The position numbers were made by a program, and so were the translations under genes. The notes under the pieces are model-generated. The model was not told the DNA's origin. It saw only the letters and a program-made list of their open reading frames with translations, and did not search any database. A stretch of DNA of 64,000 nt from Candidatus Omnitrophota bacterium (GTDB lineage: Bacteria; Omnitrophota; Gorgyraeia; Zapsychrales; Fredricksoniimonadaceae): the NCBI GenBank assembly GCA_903860135.1, contig CAIOPG010000009.1, positions 175,805 to 239,804 of the forward strand. The letters run 5' to 3'. Positions 1 to 10,801 of this stretch are shown here, one piece after another. How positions within the stretch are numbered: the stretch's first letter is position 1; the number at the start of each line of letters is the position of its first letter.

Positions 1-901
1 TGACCTTGACGCCCGCCGCGGCGCCCAATGCCGCCAGTCGCTCTCTTAATGATGTATTAGCGGCAACACCCCCACCCACAAGAAGCGTATTCCTCTTCCT
101 GGACCGGCAAGCCGCCATGCTCTTCTGTGCCAACACAGAAATAACACTTTCCTGAAAGGCCGCCGCCACTTTGGGGACCGAATATCCCGCTGTACCGACA
201 TGTTTACGTATATGATAAAGGACTGCCGTTTTGACACCGCTGAAACTGAAATCATCACTGCCCGCAAGCTCTGCCCGGGGAAATGTAAGGTCATTGGCCG
301 TAACCGTGCGCGCCAGCGAATCGATCACTGGCCCGCCAGGATAACCCAATTCAAGGATGCGTGCCACCTTGTCATAAGCCTCACCTGCCGCATCATCGCG
401 TGTTTTCCCGATCACACGAAAATGCCTGAAATCCTTGATCGAAAAAAGGCTCGAATGGCCGCCGGAAACAACAAGGCCTATGGCCGGCAGAGAAAGCTCC
501 TGGTAGATCTCTGCCAACCGTGACGAACCGCGCTCCACCAGATAATTGGCATAGATATGCGCATGAATATGATTGACATGGATCAGCGGCTTCTTCAAGG
601 CATACGCCAACGCGCCGGCAAACGTGATCCCCACCAAAAGCGACCCGATCAATCCCGGCGTCTGTGTGACGGCAATAGCATCAACATCCTGCATGCGAAG
701 GCCGGCATCTTCTACGGCTTTGGCGGTCACAATATTAATGTATTCCAGCTGACGGCGCGATGCAATTTCGGGGATAATACCGCCGAACTTCTTGTGTTCC
801 CCCAGGCTTGTGGCCACAACATTGGAAAGGACTTCGCGTCCATCACGGACAATGGCCGCCGATGTTTCATCACACGATGTTTCAATGCCAAGGATGTTCA
901 T
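1..901 (-). CDS. tsaD: tRNA N6-adenosine threonylcarbamoyltransferase TsaD/Kae1 (3' part runs off the window start)
   Basis: Manual minus-strand translation from ATG at 899-901 gives MNILGIETSCDETSAAIV...HVNHIHAHIYA...GLVVSGGHS..., the classic TsaD/Gcp signature. The ORF is absent from the track because it is open at the window edge. The plus-strand ORFs 200-523 and 557-907 are its shadows. Confidence 0.9.
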   Translation of the reverse strand, partial: MNILGIETSCDETSAAIVRDGREVLSNVVATSLGEHKKFGGIIPEIASRRQLEYINIVTAKAVEDAGLRMQDVDAIAVTQTPGLIGSLLVGITFAGALAYALKKPLIHVNHIHAHIYANYLVERGSSRLAEIYQELSLPAIGLVVSGGHSSLFSIKDFRHFRVIGKTRDDAAGEAYDKVARILELGYPGGPVIDSLARTVTANDLTFPRAELAGSDDFSFSGVKTAVLYHIRKHVGTAGYSVPKVAAAFQESVISVLAQKSMAACRSRKRNTLLVGGGVAANTSLRERLAALGAAAGVKV

Positions 902-1782
902 GGATGATTGGCCTGAATAAAATCCCTGACACGCATGAACACATAACCCTGGGCCTTTAATTTACGGATCTGCTCCGTAAGGATCTGCATGGTCAACTCC
1001 CGGTCATGCCCGATGATCACCACCGAGCCATTGTCTTTGGCGATCTTCGCCGCAAGGGCAAATTGATGTTCGATGGATGCGCGCTCGTTACGATTATCCA
1101 GGAACACATTCCGCCGCGCGAAAAGAACACCGACCCGCGACGCGACCGGCGCACACACACTCTTGCTGCTGGTCAAGCTGTCCACAAAGAAAAGCCCGCG
1201 TCGCTTCAACTCGGTCAGGACGGTTGTCATCAGGGCAACACTTTCCGTCCCCCGGGAGCCTTCATGGTTATTAACGCCGACGATCCCCTGGAATTCATTT
1301 AAAACCTTCGTGAGCAACCGATGGACTTCTTTTTGCGACATTTCTGTTGTTAACATATACCCGCGGGGATACTTCTCGCGTACAACAGAAGGCTCGACGG
1401 GAAGATGCAGCATGGCATCCTGCCCGGCATCACGGGCACACTGAAGAACATCGCGGGAATACGGAAGATCCGGCATGATCGCCGGCGTGACCGGTGCGTC
1501 AAAATCAGACAGATATTGGCAATGACTACGGTTGTACCCCCAGTCATCGAGAATAACAGTGATCCTTCCCGTTACACCCTCACGGACAACAGGCATCACA
1601 ACAGGTTTTAGCGGTTGAGGGGAAGGTTTAGCCTTGGGCGGACGTGTTTGAACCGGCCGCGAAGAAGGCACCTGGCGACGAAAAAACAAAAAATACCCCT
1701 GGATGCATAACAAAGCCCCCATCACCCATACAAGCACCACAAGCCATGATGCCGGATTCTTGCCCTTGCCTGGTGGTACCAT
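898..1782 (-). CDS. YibQ-like divergent polysaccharide deacetylase family protein with N-terminal TM anchor
   Basis: 294 aa with N-terminal TM helix and Pro-rich linker. Shows the HLPVEP motif typical of the YibQ/DUF610 family. Its stop overlaps the tsaD start (ATGA). Confidence 0.6.
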   Translation of the reverse strand: MVPPGKGKNPASWLVVLVWVMGALLCIQGYFLFFRRQVPSSRPVQTRPPKAKPSPQPLKPVVMPVVREGVTGRITVILDDWGYNRSHCQYLSDFDAPVTPAIMPDLPYSRDVLQCARDAGQDAMLHLPVEPSVVREKYPRGYMLTTEMSQKEVHRLLTKVLNEFQGIVGVNNHEGSRGTESVALMTTVLTELKRRGLFFVDSLTSSKSVCAPVASRVGVLFARRNVFLDNRNERASIEHQFALAAKIAKDNGSVVIIGHDRELTMQILTEQIRKLKAQGYVFMRVRDFIQANHP

Positions 1783-1788
1783 ACATCA

Positions 1789-3243
1789 TCAATTCTCGGT
1801 AGACGTCAATTTCTTGTAAACACGGATCCCCTTGATCACGCTGATCGCGCTCTGGATCTGGTTGTCATTCTTCATCTGCTGATTCATTTCTTTCTCACGC
1901 CTGCGCTTCTCGATGGCGTTGGGATCATTAGCATCATCAGGTGCCAAAGCATCAAATATCTTGTTAACAGAATCTTCTTTTTGCAGTGTTTTGAGTGCTT
2001 TTGACTTAACGCCATCGGCATCATCTGAATTTTCTTCCGGTTGAACGATCCGTTCAACAACAATATCCGGCGTGATGCCAATTTCATGGATACACACACC
2101 TGAAGGTGTAAAATACTTGCTGGTCGTCAACCGTAACCCTGATCCGTCAGGCAAAGGAATCACGGACTGAACAGAACCTTTCCCGAAAGATTTTGATCCG
2201 AGCGTTACCGCGCGCTTGTTATCTTTAAGGGCCCCTGCCAGTATCTCACTGCCCGAAGCACTGCCCTCGTTGATCATGATAACAATAGGCCAGTCGGAAA
2301 ATTCATGGCTGGTATTGTGCGAAACACTGACTGTATTTTGAGTTGCATCACGGCCTCGAACGGAAACGATCGTCTTGCCATCCGGAAGAAATATTTCACT
2401 AATACGGATAGCCACACTCAGGAGACCACCGGGATTATTACGGACATCGAGGACAAGCGCGGTAGCACCCTGCTCCTTCAATTTTCTAAGCTCCTTCAAC
2501 ATTTGCTCGGTAGATTCTTCACGGAACTCAACAAGGCGTAAATAAGCGATGTTATCGCTAATGATGTGAGGATCCCTGATATCTTGGATATGTATAATCT
2601 CGCGTGTAATATCGTATTCATGGATCTTGAACTCAGATTCACGCATGATGGTGATATGAACCTTGGTGCCCGGATTACCGCGCAACTTCTTGACCGCCTG
2701 GCTGATCGTAATGTCCCGGGTCGTATCCTTCTCTATCTTGACAATGCGGTCACCGGCCTTGATACCGGCTTTCCATGCCGGCGTGCCTTCAATGGGCGTA
2801 ATAACCGTCAACAGATTATCCCGGATCGCTATTTCAATACCCAACCCTCCGAATTTCCCTTCGGTGTCAGACTTCAATTCTTCGTATTCTTCGGGCGAAA
2901 GAAACTGGCTATGCGGGTCAAGCGCCCCCAGCATACCTGTCAAGGCCCCGTAAATCACTTCTTTGGGCTTCTTTTCATCCACATACTCACTCATGATCTT
3001 GGTGAGCGCATAACTGAAAAGTTCAACCTGTGAATAAAGATCCTCTGGTGATTTCGGCGCAAACTCTTTCTTAACCGGCGCGACAACCGCATTCACCGAT
3101 ACAGGAGAAAAACTGGAGTCTTCGTCCAGACTATTTACTGCCTGAGAATAAACCGGCACAGAAAAACCGGCGAAGCCCACAGCTACCATGATAATAAAGA
3201 AAATTTTTCTAACCATCCGCAAGCCTCCTGGCAATGATCTCAT
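1789..3243 (-). CDS. ctpA: Carboxyl-terminal processing protease (S41 peptidase) with PDZ domain
   Basis: 484 aa with signal peptide/TM, PDZ-like region and S41 core (NNPGGLLSVAIRIS ... GSASGSEILAGAL). The start may be the internal MVRK, near 3216. Confidence 0.85.
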   Translation of the reverse strand: MRSLPGGLRMVRKIFFIIMVAVGFAGFSVPVYSQAVNSLDEDSSFSPVSVNAVVAPVKKEFAPKSPEDLYSQVELFSYALTKIMSEYVDEKKPKEVIYGALTGMLGALDPHSQFLSPEEYEELKSDTEGKFGGLGIEIAIRDNLLTVITPIEGTPAWKAGIKAGDRIVKIEKDTTRDITISQAVKKLRGNPGTKVHITIMRESEFKIHEYDITREIIHIQDIRDPHIISDNIAYLRLVEFREESTEQMLKELRKLKEQGATALVLDVRNNPGGLLSVAIRISEIFLPDGKTIVSVRGRDATQNTVSVSHNTSHEFSDWPIVIMINEGSASGSEILAGALKDNKRAVTLGSKSFGKGSVQSVIPLPDGSGLRLTTSKYFTPSGVCIHEIGITPDIVVERIVQPEENSDDADGVKSKALKTLQKEDSVNKIFDALAPDDANDPNAIEKRRREKEMNQQMKNDNQIQSAISVIKGIRVYKKLTSTEN

Positions 3244-4645
3244 TGATCTTTTTGGGATTCGCTTTTCCCTGCATTTTCTTCATGGCTTGACCGACCAGAA
3301 AACCTGTAACCCCGGCCTTGCCTGCGCGAATTTCTTCAACGGCCTTGGGATTAGCCGCCAGTATCTCATCCACAGTATTGAAAAGAACGGCGTCATCAGA
3401 AACCTGCGCCAGTCCTTTAGCGTTGATGATGACGTCAGCGTCACCACCTCCCACAACCATTTCAGCCAATACTTCCTTGCCGGCAAGATTGCTGATCGTC
3501 CCGTCTTCAACACGGGCGATCAATTTAACGAGATTCTCCGCCGACAGGCTGATCCCCGAGAGCGAACAGTTACGGTCATTCAATTCCTTCATGACCGGTC
3601 CGTTGAGCCAGTTGGCCGCCTTCTTGGGGTCTGCGCCAGCACGGACACAGGCTTCGAAGAAATCAGCAAAGCCCTGATCCTGGATGAGGATGGCCGCATC
3701 ATAGTCGTTGACCGCATAATCGCGTTTGAAGCGCGCCTGCTTGGCCGCAGGAAGTTCCGGCAGATTGCGGCGGGCTTCATCAATCATGGCAGTTGAAAAA
3801 GTAAAAGGCACAAGGTCGGGATCGGGGAAATAACGGTAATCATGGGCATTCTCTTTGGAACGCATCGAGACGGTCCGTCCCTTGGCCTCATCCCATAAAA
3901 GAGTTTCCTGCGTGATCTTCCCGCCGCCAACAATGACTCCCTCATGCCGCGCCGCTTCAAACTCAACCGCACGCCTGAGCGCACTGAAAGAGTTCAGGTT
4001 CTTCAACTCTGTCTTAACGCCGAGCGTTGTTGCCCCCACGGGACGTATGGAAACATTCGCATCACAACGCAAACTGCCTTTTTCCATGTCGCAATCAGAA
4101 ACACCGAGATAGGAAAGGATCAGCTTGAGGGTCGTCAAATAATCATACGCTTCGAGCGCCGAACGCATATCCGGCTCGGAAACGATCTCGATCAACGGGG
4201 TCCCTGTGCGGTTATAATCTGCCAAGGAGTAATTGTTCGCATGGTCATGGATAAGCTTGCCGGCATCTTCCTCGATATGTGCCCGGGTGATACCCACACG
4301 CTTTTCTTTGCCACCGGAAATAAAAACGACCTCGCCTTTAGTCGCAATGGGAAGATCATACTGCGAGATCTGATACCCTTTGGGCAGATCAGGATAAAAA
4401 TAATTCTTACGGTCAAACTTGATGAACGTATTGATCTGGCAACCCAGCGCCAGGCCAACCTTCATGCCGTCCAGAAGGACCTGACGGTTCAAGACAGGCA
4501 GAGAGCCAGGCAAACCCAGGCAAACCGGGCAAACATGACTATTGGCTGTACCGCCAAAGACATTGGGGCAAGAACAAAATATTTTTGTTTTGGTCTTAAG
4601 CTGGAGATGGACCTCAAGCCCGATCACTGTTTCAAAAGTGCTCAT
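3209..4645 (-). CDS. gatB: Asp/Glu-tRNA(Asn/Gln) amidotransferase subunit B
   Basis: 478 aa. N-terminus [26 protein letters not shown] and GatB/YqeY C-terminal domain. Confidence 0.95.
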   Translation of the reverse strand: MSTFETVIGLEVHLQLKTKTKIFCSCPNVFGGTANSHVCPVCLGLPGSLPVLNRQVLLDGMKVGLALGCQINTFIKFDRKNYFYPDLPKGYQISQYDLPIATKGEVVFISGGKEKRVGITRAHIEEDAGKLIHDHANNYSLADYNRTGTPLIEIVSEPDMRSALEAYDYLTTLKLILSYLGVSDCDMEKGSLRCDANVSIRPVGATTLGVKTELKNLNSFSALRRAVEFEAARHEGVIVGGGKITQETLLWDEAKGRTVSMRSKENAHDYRYFPDPDLVPFTFSTAMIDEARRNLPELPAAKQARFKRDYAVNDYDAAILIQDQGFADFFEACVRAGADPKKAANWLNGPVMKELNDRNCSLSGISLSAENLVKLIARVEDGTISNLAGKEVLAEMVVGGGDADVIINAKGLAQVSDDAVLFNTVDEILAANPKAVEEIRAGKAGVTGFLVGQAMKKMQGKANPKKINEIIARRLADG

Positions 4646-6069
4646 AGCACAGCCCTCGCCTCATGCCAGGGGGTCGCCTGCTCATAAGCGTAGGCGGCAC
4701 GCAGAAGTTTTTCTTCGGCGAAAGGTCCTGCCATCAACTGCAAGCCGATGGGCAGCTTCGCACGATCAAATCCGCAAGGGATCGAGATCGCCGGGATACC
4801 CGCCATATTGGCCGGTATGGTGAAAATATCAGAAAGGTACATGGAAACCGGATCATTCATTTTCTCGCCGATACCAAATGCCGTCGTCGGTGACGTCGGT
4901 GAAAGGATCACATCACACACACCAAAAGCCCGGTCAAAGTCCTGTTTGATCAATGTCCGGACCTTTTGCGCCCGTAAATAATAAGCGTCATAATATCCCG
5001 AAGAGAGCACATACGTCCCGAGCATGATACGCCGTTTCGCCTCGGGGCCAAAACCTTCCCCGCGCGTCTGCGCGTACATATCAATTAGACGCCCCTGCCG
5101 CGCAACCGCAGGGAATGAACGGCGCCCAAATTGAACCCCGTCGAACCGGGCCAGATTGGAGCTGGCTTCGGCTGTTGCCACAATGTAATACGTCGCCACG
5201 GCATATTCGGTGTGCGGCAAAGAAATATCGACGATTTCGGCTCCCTTGGCCTTAAAAACACGCACCGCCTCCTCAACAGCCGCCAAAACCTCCGGCTGTA
5301 TCCCCGGTATAAAATATTCACGCGGGATCCCGATCCTCAGCCCCTTCACCTCTGAGCCAAGGGCTTTCGTATAATCGGGCACAGAAACATTGATCGATGT
5401 GGAATCTTTAGGATCAAAGCCCGCAATAATATTCAACAGCATGGCGCAATCCCTGACATCCTTGGTCAAAGGGCCGATCTGATCGAGCGATGAACCAAAG
5501 GCGATCAGCCCATAACGTGACACACGCCCATAGGTCGGTTTCAAGCCAACCACACCGCAGAAAGATGCCGGTTGACGGATAGAGCCACCGGTGTCACTGC
5601 CCAAAGCCCATACGGCCTGCCCCGCCGCGACAGCCGCCGCCGAGCCACCCGATGACCCCCCAGGAACGCGCTGAAGATCCCAGGGATTTCTCGAAGGGCC
5701 ATAAGCTGATGTTTCACACGAAGAACCAAACGCAAATTCATCCATATTGGCACTGCCTACAATAACGCCGCCCGTGGCCTTTATTTTGGCCATGACCGTG
5801 GCATCGTAGGGCGGACGAAACCCCTCGAGTATCCTGGAGGCACATGTGACAAGATTCCCGTTAACGCAAATATTGTCTTTAACGGCCATCGGTAACGGGC
5901 ATATACCGCCGGTGGTCTGGATGGTATCGGCAAAACGGATATACGCTTGCGTCGACGGATTAACGGCCTTGGCGCGCGCCAAAACCACTGCGGTGATCCG
6001 GGCAGCTGAAAGACGCCCGTCGTTCAAACGATCCATCAACGCATGGGCTGTAAGCGAGAAAAGATTCAT
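4642..6069 (-). CDS. gatA: Glu-tRNA(Gln) amidotransferase subunit A
   Basis: 475 aa with amidase signature [14 protein letters not shown]. Four-nt overlaps with gatB and gatC. Confidence 0.95.
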   Translation of the reverse strand: MNLFSLTAHALMDRLNDGRLSAARITAVVLARAKAVNPSTQAYIRFADTIQTTGGICPLPMAVKDNICVNGNLVTCASRILEGFRPPYDATVMAKIKATGGVIVGSANMDEFAFGSSCETSAYGPSRNPWDLQRVPGGSSGGSAAAVAAGQAVWALGSDTGGSIRQPASFCGVVGLKPTYGRVSRYGLIAFGSSLDQIGPLTKDVRDCAMLLNIIAGFDPKDSTSINVSVPDYTKALGSEVKGLRIGIPREYFIPGIQPEVLAAVEEAVRVFKAKGAEIVDISLPHTEYAVATYYIVATAEASSNLARFDGVQFGRRSFPAVARQGRLIDMYAQTRGEGFGPEAKRRIMLGTYVLSSGYYDAYYLRAQKVRTLIKQDFDRAFGVCDVILSPTSPTTAFGIGEKMNDPVSMYLSDIFTIPANMAGIPAISIPCGFDRAKLPIGLQLMAGPFAEEKLLRAAYAYEQATPWHEARAVL

Positions 6070-6350
6070 TCCATGATCCTTGGGACTTTATAAGCATTAT
6101 CCTGATGTTCGATCGCAAAAGAGAAAGCTTCGGCGGCAGAAAGACCTGGCTCGGGCACATCCTCCCGCACCACATTCTCGACATTCAATACATGGCTCGT
6201 CGGCGTTACCGCCGAAACATCCAGCGAATCCAGCTTGGCCGCATAATGCAAGATAGCTTCCAGGTCCCCTGCCAGCTTGAGGGCTTCCACCTCATCGAGA
6301 TGAAGCCGCGCCAGGCCGCTGATATAATTGACTGTTTCAAGTGTGATCAT
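6066..6350 (-). CDS. gatC: Glu-tRNA(Gln) amidotransferase subunit C
   Basis: 94 aa GatC-like, forming a gatCAB operon. Confidence 0.85.
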   Translation of the reverse strand: MITLETVNYISGLARLHLDEVEALKLAGDLEAILHYAAKLDSLDVSAVTPTSHVLNVENVVREDVPEPGLSAAEAFSFAIEHQDNAYKVPRIME

Positions 6351-6432
6351 GGCTTATCCCTTTAAAAAAGAAATGATTTTAACACCAGGCAAGATCAGGC
6401 ACAAGGAGAAACTCCAGGAAAGACGTATACGT

Positions 6433-8094
6433 TTAGTCCGCCGTAATCTGTATATCCTTGGGGATCGTAAAATGAAAAGCGGATCCCTTGCCCTCTTGCG
6501 CTACAACCCAGACTTTCCCGGCGTGATCCTCGACAACGCTCTTAACAATGCTCAAGCCGGCACCGGTCCCTTCAAACCTGCCAGAAGTATCCAGTCGTTT
6601 AAAAATATCAAAAACCTCTTCCAAGGAAGCATGCGGTATCCCGATCCCATTGTCTTTAACCACAAATTCATACACATCTTCGCGTTCGATGGCCTCGATA
6701 GCTATCTTCGGTGCAATGCCTTCCCGGCCTGAAGAAAACTTGATAGCATTGGTCATAAGATTCAGAAAAACTTCCTTGAGTTTGATGGGGTCGCACACCA
6801 TGACCGGCATCACTGCCGGCACCGCCAAGTCCACAGCGTTTTGTCTGATCTTGTAATCGAGCGTGGCCGTAACCTCATCGACCAATGACCGGACCGGTAT
6901 TTTTTGATATGGATTACGGATGCGGGAAATGCGCGTCAGTGCCAACAGGTCATTGATCAACACATTGGCCCGCTCAACGCCGCGACAAACACCATCGATG
7001 CTGTCCTGGCCTTTCTTGTCGATCTTATCGTAATGATGCGACTTAAGGAACTCCACATACCAGGCAATGCCCATGAGCGGCGAGCGGATATCGTGGCTGA
7101 CGGTGTGAACAAAGCGATCCAGCTCCAGATTCACTTTCTCAAGATCTCTCTTCTGCCGCGCGGTCAGATCAAGGTTTTCCTGTAAAACCTGGTGCTGTTC
7201 TTCAAGGCTTGTCCTGGCATCAGCAAGCTGAGCGGACATACGGTTAAATTCGCGGCTCAACTGGCCAAGCTCGTCTTGAGACAATTCATCAAGCTTTACG
7301 CATAAATTCCCTCCACCAATCTCATGTGTGGCCTTGAGGAGTTGCGCCAATGGACCCTGGATACCGCGGATAATAGAAATGCTGAGGGCCAGCCCCGCGA
7401 TGAGGCTCACAATGAACATAATCAACAGCACGCGCCCTGTGGTCTGTTCATAGCGGCTGGCTTTGGCCACCGATGCCTTAGTGAAATCCTGGACATCATC
7501 GAGCAGTTTCTTGAGTTCCCGCGCCAACTTGCTTTCATCCGTATGGATCTGATCGACCGCCTCGGCGGATATCTCGTAGGAACCTTCGTCAATGCTCCGA
7601 AAAATACCGACAGATACAGCATCATAATGAATATGCGCCTTTTCAATCTCCTTAAACAAATCACTCACATGGTCAAGGTTGTTGCGGGTGGTAACATCCT
7701 GCACCAGACGCAGGTCATCTTCCACCATGCGCTTGGCATTAACAATATCGATCGCACCTTCTTTGGCAAGACTTTCAAAATCATTCTTCGCCAATTTGAT
7801 ATGAAAAAGAAGATGTTCCTTGCGCGCCGGCGTGACTTGCTGGTAAGCCAATTCTTCAGCGATACGGCGCAATCGTTCAAAAATAACCGCTTTCTGGAGT
7901 TGACGCTTGGTGATGGCGGTCGAGGTCTGCAGGAGAACGACATCCTGATTAACAATAGCCCGCAGTTCACGGCTCACTCCTTTAAGAAAATGAAAACTGA
8001 TAACCCCGTTGACAGCAAAAAGCATCAGCAAGACGGCGATCAGCAGTATGATCTTGAATGATATTTTCATACAAGCTCCTCCGTTCCTTTCCAT
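6433..8094 (-). CDS. Sensor histidine kinase (TM, periplasmic sensor, HAMP, HisKA, HATPase_c) with no adjacent response regulator
   Basis: 553 aa. Two TM segments flank a sensor domain of about 200 aa. HAMP region present. H-box HTVSHDIRSPL, and N/G boxes (NLMTNAIKFS, DNGIGI, GTGAGLSIV). The likely start is MKISFKI, near 8070. Confidence 0.85.
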   Translation of the reverse strand: MERNGGACMKISFKIILLIAVLLMLFAVNGVISFHFLKGVSRELRAIVNQDVVLLQTSTAITKRQLQKAVIFERLRRIAEELAYQQVTPARKEHLLFHIKLAKNDFESLAKEGAIDIVNAKRMVEDDLRLVQDVTTRNNLDHVSDLFKEIEKAHIHYDAVSVGIFRSIDEGSYEISAEAVDQIHTDESKLARELKKLLDDVQDFTKASVAKASRYEQTTGRVLLIMFIVSLIAGLALSISIIRGIQGPLAQLLKATHEIGGGNLCVKLDELSQDELGQLSREFNRMSAQLADARTSLEEQHQVLQENLDLTARQKRDLEKVNLELDRFVHTVSHDIRSPLMGIAWYVEFLKSHHYDKIDKKGQDSIDGVCRGVERANVLINDLLALTRISRIRNPYQKIPVRSLVDEVTATLDYKIRQNAVDLAVPAVMPVMVCDPIKLKEVFLNLMTNAIKFSSGREGIAPKIAIEAIEREDVYEFVVKDNGIGIPHASLEEVFDIFKRLDTSGRFEGTGAGLSIVKSVVEDHAGKVWVVAQEGKGSAFHFTIPKDIQITAD

Positions 8095-8914
8095 TCTCCG
8101 GCAGAGAACACCTCCTGCAACCCATTAGCGATCCTCGCATACTGAGCTACCGTCAGATCCCCGGCCCTCGCCTGGGGATCAACCCCCGCCACTTCAAACA
8201 GCAAACCAAGACGGTCTTTGGACGCAAAAACACCCAGGGAATTAAGAAGATTCTTGCGGCGCTGTTGAAATGCCGTCCGCACCACACGGACAAAATAAGC
8301 TTCGCTCCAGACCTCTTCAGCCGGCTTACCGCGGCGCAAATCCATGCGCATGAAACATGACGTGACCTTCGGTGACGGACGAAACGCGCCAGGACTGATC
8401 CGGAACAACATCTGCGGCTTGGCGAACATCTGCACAAAACAGGACAGCGAGGAATAGTCCTTCGTCCCGGGCACAGCCACAAGCCGCAGACCAAACTCAT
8501 ACTGAACCGTTATAAAAAGCGTCGTAAACATTGTCCTGTTCATGATCGCCCGCACAATGATCGGCGTTGAAATATTATAGGGAATATTGCCGAAAACCTT
8601 GACCGGCTGCGGTAAAAGCGCAAGATCGAATTTAAGGATATCCGCGTGATGCACGGTAATATTCCTTCGCGCGAAATCCGCCTCCATTCTGGCGGCCAGT
8701 ACACGATCAGCCTCAACCGCGATCACCGCTTTTACCCGCGGAAGGATCTCGCGCGTCAAAGCCCCTTGCCCCGGGCCGATCTCAAGTACGGTTTCATCCG
8801 ATGCAAAGTCACAGGCATCGACCACACGTCCAATGATCCTCTGATCGACCAGAAAATTCTGGCCAAGGGATCTTTTGGGAACAAAGATGGCAGGTGGGCG
8901 GCTGATAGGACTCA
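8067..8914 (-). CDS. rsmA: 16S rRNA (adenine1518/1519-N6)-dimethyltransferase RsmA/KsgA
   Basis: KSLGQNFLVD, LEIGPGQGALT and NIPYNISTPI motifs. The ORF-track N-terminal extension overlaps pdxA. A GTG start overlapping the pdxA TGA stop (GTGA) at about 8912-8914 is inferred. Confidence 0.85.
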
Positions 8915-9865
8915 CACCAGTCCTGCGGCGAGCTTGATCGCCGCACGCATAGAGCCAGGATCCGCCAAGCCTTTGCCTGCAATACCAAAAGCCGTGCCAT
9001 GCGCCGGTGACGTGCGGATAAAAGGCAGACCTGCCGTCACATTGACCAGACGATCGAAATAACACGCTTTCAACGCCGGCAACGCCTGGTCGTGATACAT
9101 GGCAACGATCAGATCATACCCGGTGCTCAACCCCGGCTCAAAAAGGGTGTCCGCCGGCAACGGTCCAACCACATCCCACCCGGCTTTGCAGGCCTTCTTT
9201 ACCGCCGGCATGATCTGGGTGATCTCCTCACGCCCCATATGCCCGCCTTCTCCGGCATGCGGATTAAGACCACAAACCGCGATCCGAGGTCGCTGGATAT
9301 GGAAATGATCCCGGATAAAAGCTGACGCTGTCCCTACAACCGAAAGAACCTTTTCTGCCGTGATCAAATCAGGGATTTCTTTCAATGCCACATGCCGTGT
9401 CACAAGCACAACGCGCAACGCATCGGCGACAAAAAGCATCTCCACATCCTTGATGGCAAAAGCATCAGCCAGAAAAGTCGTATGTCCTTTAAACCCCGGA
9501 TAAAAAGGGATAACAGCTTCCTTCGACAAAGGGGCTGTCACAAGACCGTCAACCGCACCGGCCTTCAAAAGTTTCACCGCACATTCAAGATATAAAAGAG
9601 AATCACGACCCGATCCCGGCGTAGGACAACCCGGCTTGTGTGGCACCATACAACGGCTGTCCGCCAGATGAATGACGGACGGCAAAGGGATCTTGGAGGG
9701 CCAGTAGCGCGCCAGCAGCTCTTCATTGCCGATGACGATAAATTCCACCTTCCGGCAAGTGGCATCGCCCTTCAAACTGGCCAGCGCGGCGGCCGTTACT
9801 TCAGGGCCGATACCGCAAGGATCTCCGAGCGTTACCGCGATAACCTTATTTCTTGATTTCGACAT
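8912..9865 (-). CDS. pdxA: 4-hydroxythreonine-4-phosphate dehydrogenase
   Basis: 317 aa. VTLGDPCGIGPEV N-terminus and PdxA core. surA-pdxA-ksgA order matches E. coli. Confidence 0.9.
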   Translation of the reverse strand: MSKSRNKVIAVTLGDPCGIGPEVTAAALASLKGDATCRKVEFIVIGNEELLARYWPSKIPLPSVIHLADSRCMVPHKPGCPTPGSGRDSLLYLECAVKLLKAGAVDGLVTAPLSKEAVIPFYPGFKGHTTFLADAFAIKDVEMLFVADALRVVLVTRHVALKEIPDLITAEKVLSVVGTASAFIRDHFHIQRPRIAVCGLNPHAGEGGHMGREEITQIMPAVKKACKAGWDVVGPLPADTLFEPGLSTGYDLIVAMYHDQALPALKACYFDRLVNVTAGLPFIRTSPAHGTAFGIAGKGLADPGSMRAAIKLAAGLV

Positions 9866-10799
9866 ATGATTTCTTCCTCAAACTCTCCAGCCATAACGGA
9901 AACTTCTGCCTGAATTTTTCATCAAATAATAACTGGTATATCTCCTCCTTCACGATCTCAAACGCCGTTACGGTCCCCTCCGTCCTTCCTGCCAGCTTCA
10001 AGATATACAATCCTTCGGGGATCGCAACGATATCTGAAACATCTCCAGGCTTCATGGTATCAATGACAGACTTGAACTGGTCGTTGAGATTCCCCTCATC
10101 AACTTCACCGATGTCTGGTAATTCGGAATACACCTTGGCGACAGCTTGAAAATCCTCGCCAGACCGGACACGTTCAAGAGCCGCACGCATAACGGCATAT
10201 GGTTGTTCATCAGTCAATCCCCCCTTGACAGCGATAGCATTAAGGTAGACCCGCGCATGCTTACGGTAACGTTCAATATTATCATTATAATAATCAGTTA
10301 CTTCCCTGGGATTGACAGCGATCTTTTCGCGCACAGCGCGTGTCACGATATAACGCGCCTTAAACTGCTCCTCAATCTTTTTACGAATATCAGAAATGGT
10401 CACGCCTTCCTTGTTGATCGCGGACAAAAACTCCTGCGTCGACGTGTATTTTTTCTTGATCTCTGTCAGCCGGTCTTCGATCGCCTGCGGGCGTATCTGC
10501 ATGCCCTGCCTGTTGGCCTCGGCCAGGATAAGCCGGTCATCGACGAGTTGATCGACTCCCTTGGCTTCATACTGCTGCATGATCCCCTTTATTTCAGTAT
10601 CCGTACGCCCCTCAATGCGCAACTGGGCATATATACCACGCAAATAATCCTGTAAATCTTTGGCCGTGATAACATCGTCGTCAACGACCGCAATGATCGC
10701 ATCCTCAACCGCTAATGCAAAAGGCATTGGCCTCACCAGCAATGCCGCGCCCAAGAACAGTGTGATCAACAACAAACGCCAGCAACCATTCATCCGCAT
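9846..10799 (-). CDS. surA: SurA-like periplasmic chaperone / parvulin-type peptidyl-prolyl isomerase
   Basis: 317 aa with signal peptide, SurA N-terminal chaperone-like region and a PpiC parvulin domain. Confidence 0.75.
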   Translation of the reverse strand: MRMNGCWRLLLITLFLGAALLVRPMPFALAVEDAIIAVVDDDVITAKDLQDYLRGIYAQLRIEGRTDTEIKGIMQQYEAKGVDQLVDDRLILAEANRQGMQIRPQAIEDRLTEIKKKYTSTQEFLSAINKEGVTISDIRKKIEEQFKARYIVTRAVREKIAVNPREVTDYYNDNIERYRKHARVYLNAIAVKGGLTDEQPYAVMRAALERVRSGEDFQAVAKVYSELPDIGEVDEGNLNDQFKSVIDTMKPGDVSDIVAIPEGLYILKLAGRTEGTVTAFEIVKEEIYQLLFDEKFRQKFPLWLESLRKKSYVEIKK

Positions 10800-10801
10800 C
10801 C

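Noticed and set aside
200-907. Plus-strand ORFs 200-523 and 557-907
   Set aside because: They lie antisense to the clearly recognisable tsaD reading frame and have no protein-like features. They are shadow ORFs.
3944-4687. 247-aa plus-strand ORF
   Set aside because: It lies entirely within gatB on the opposite strand and has low-complexity, non-homologous translation. A GC-rich shadow frame.
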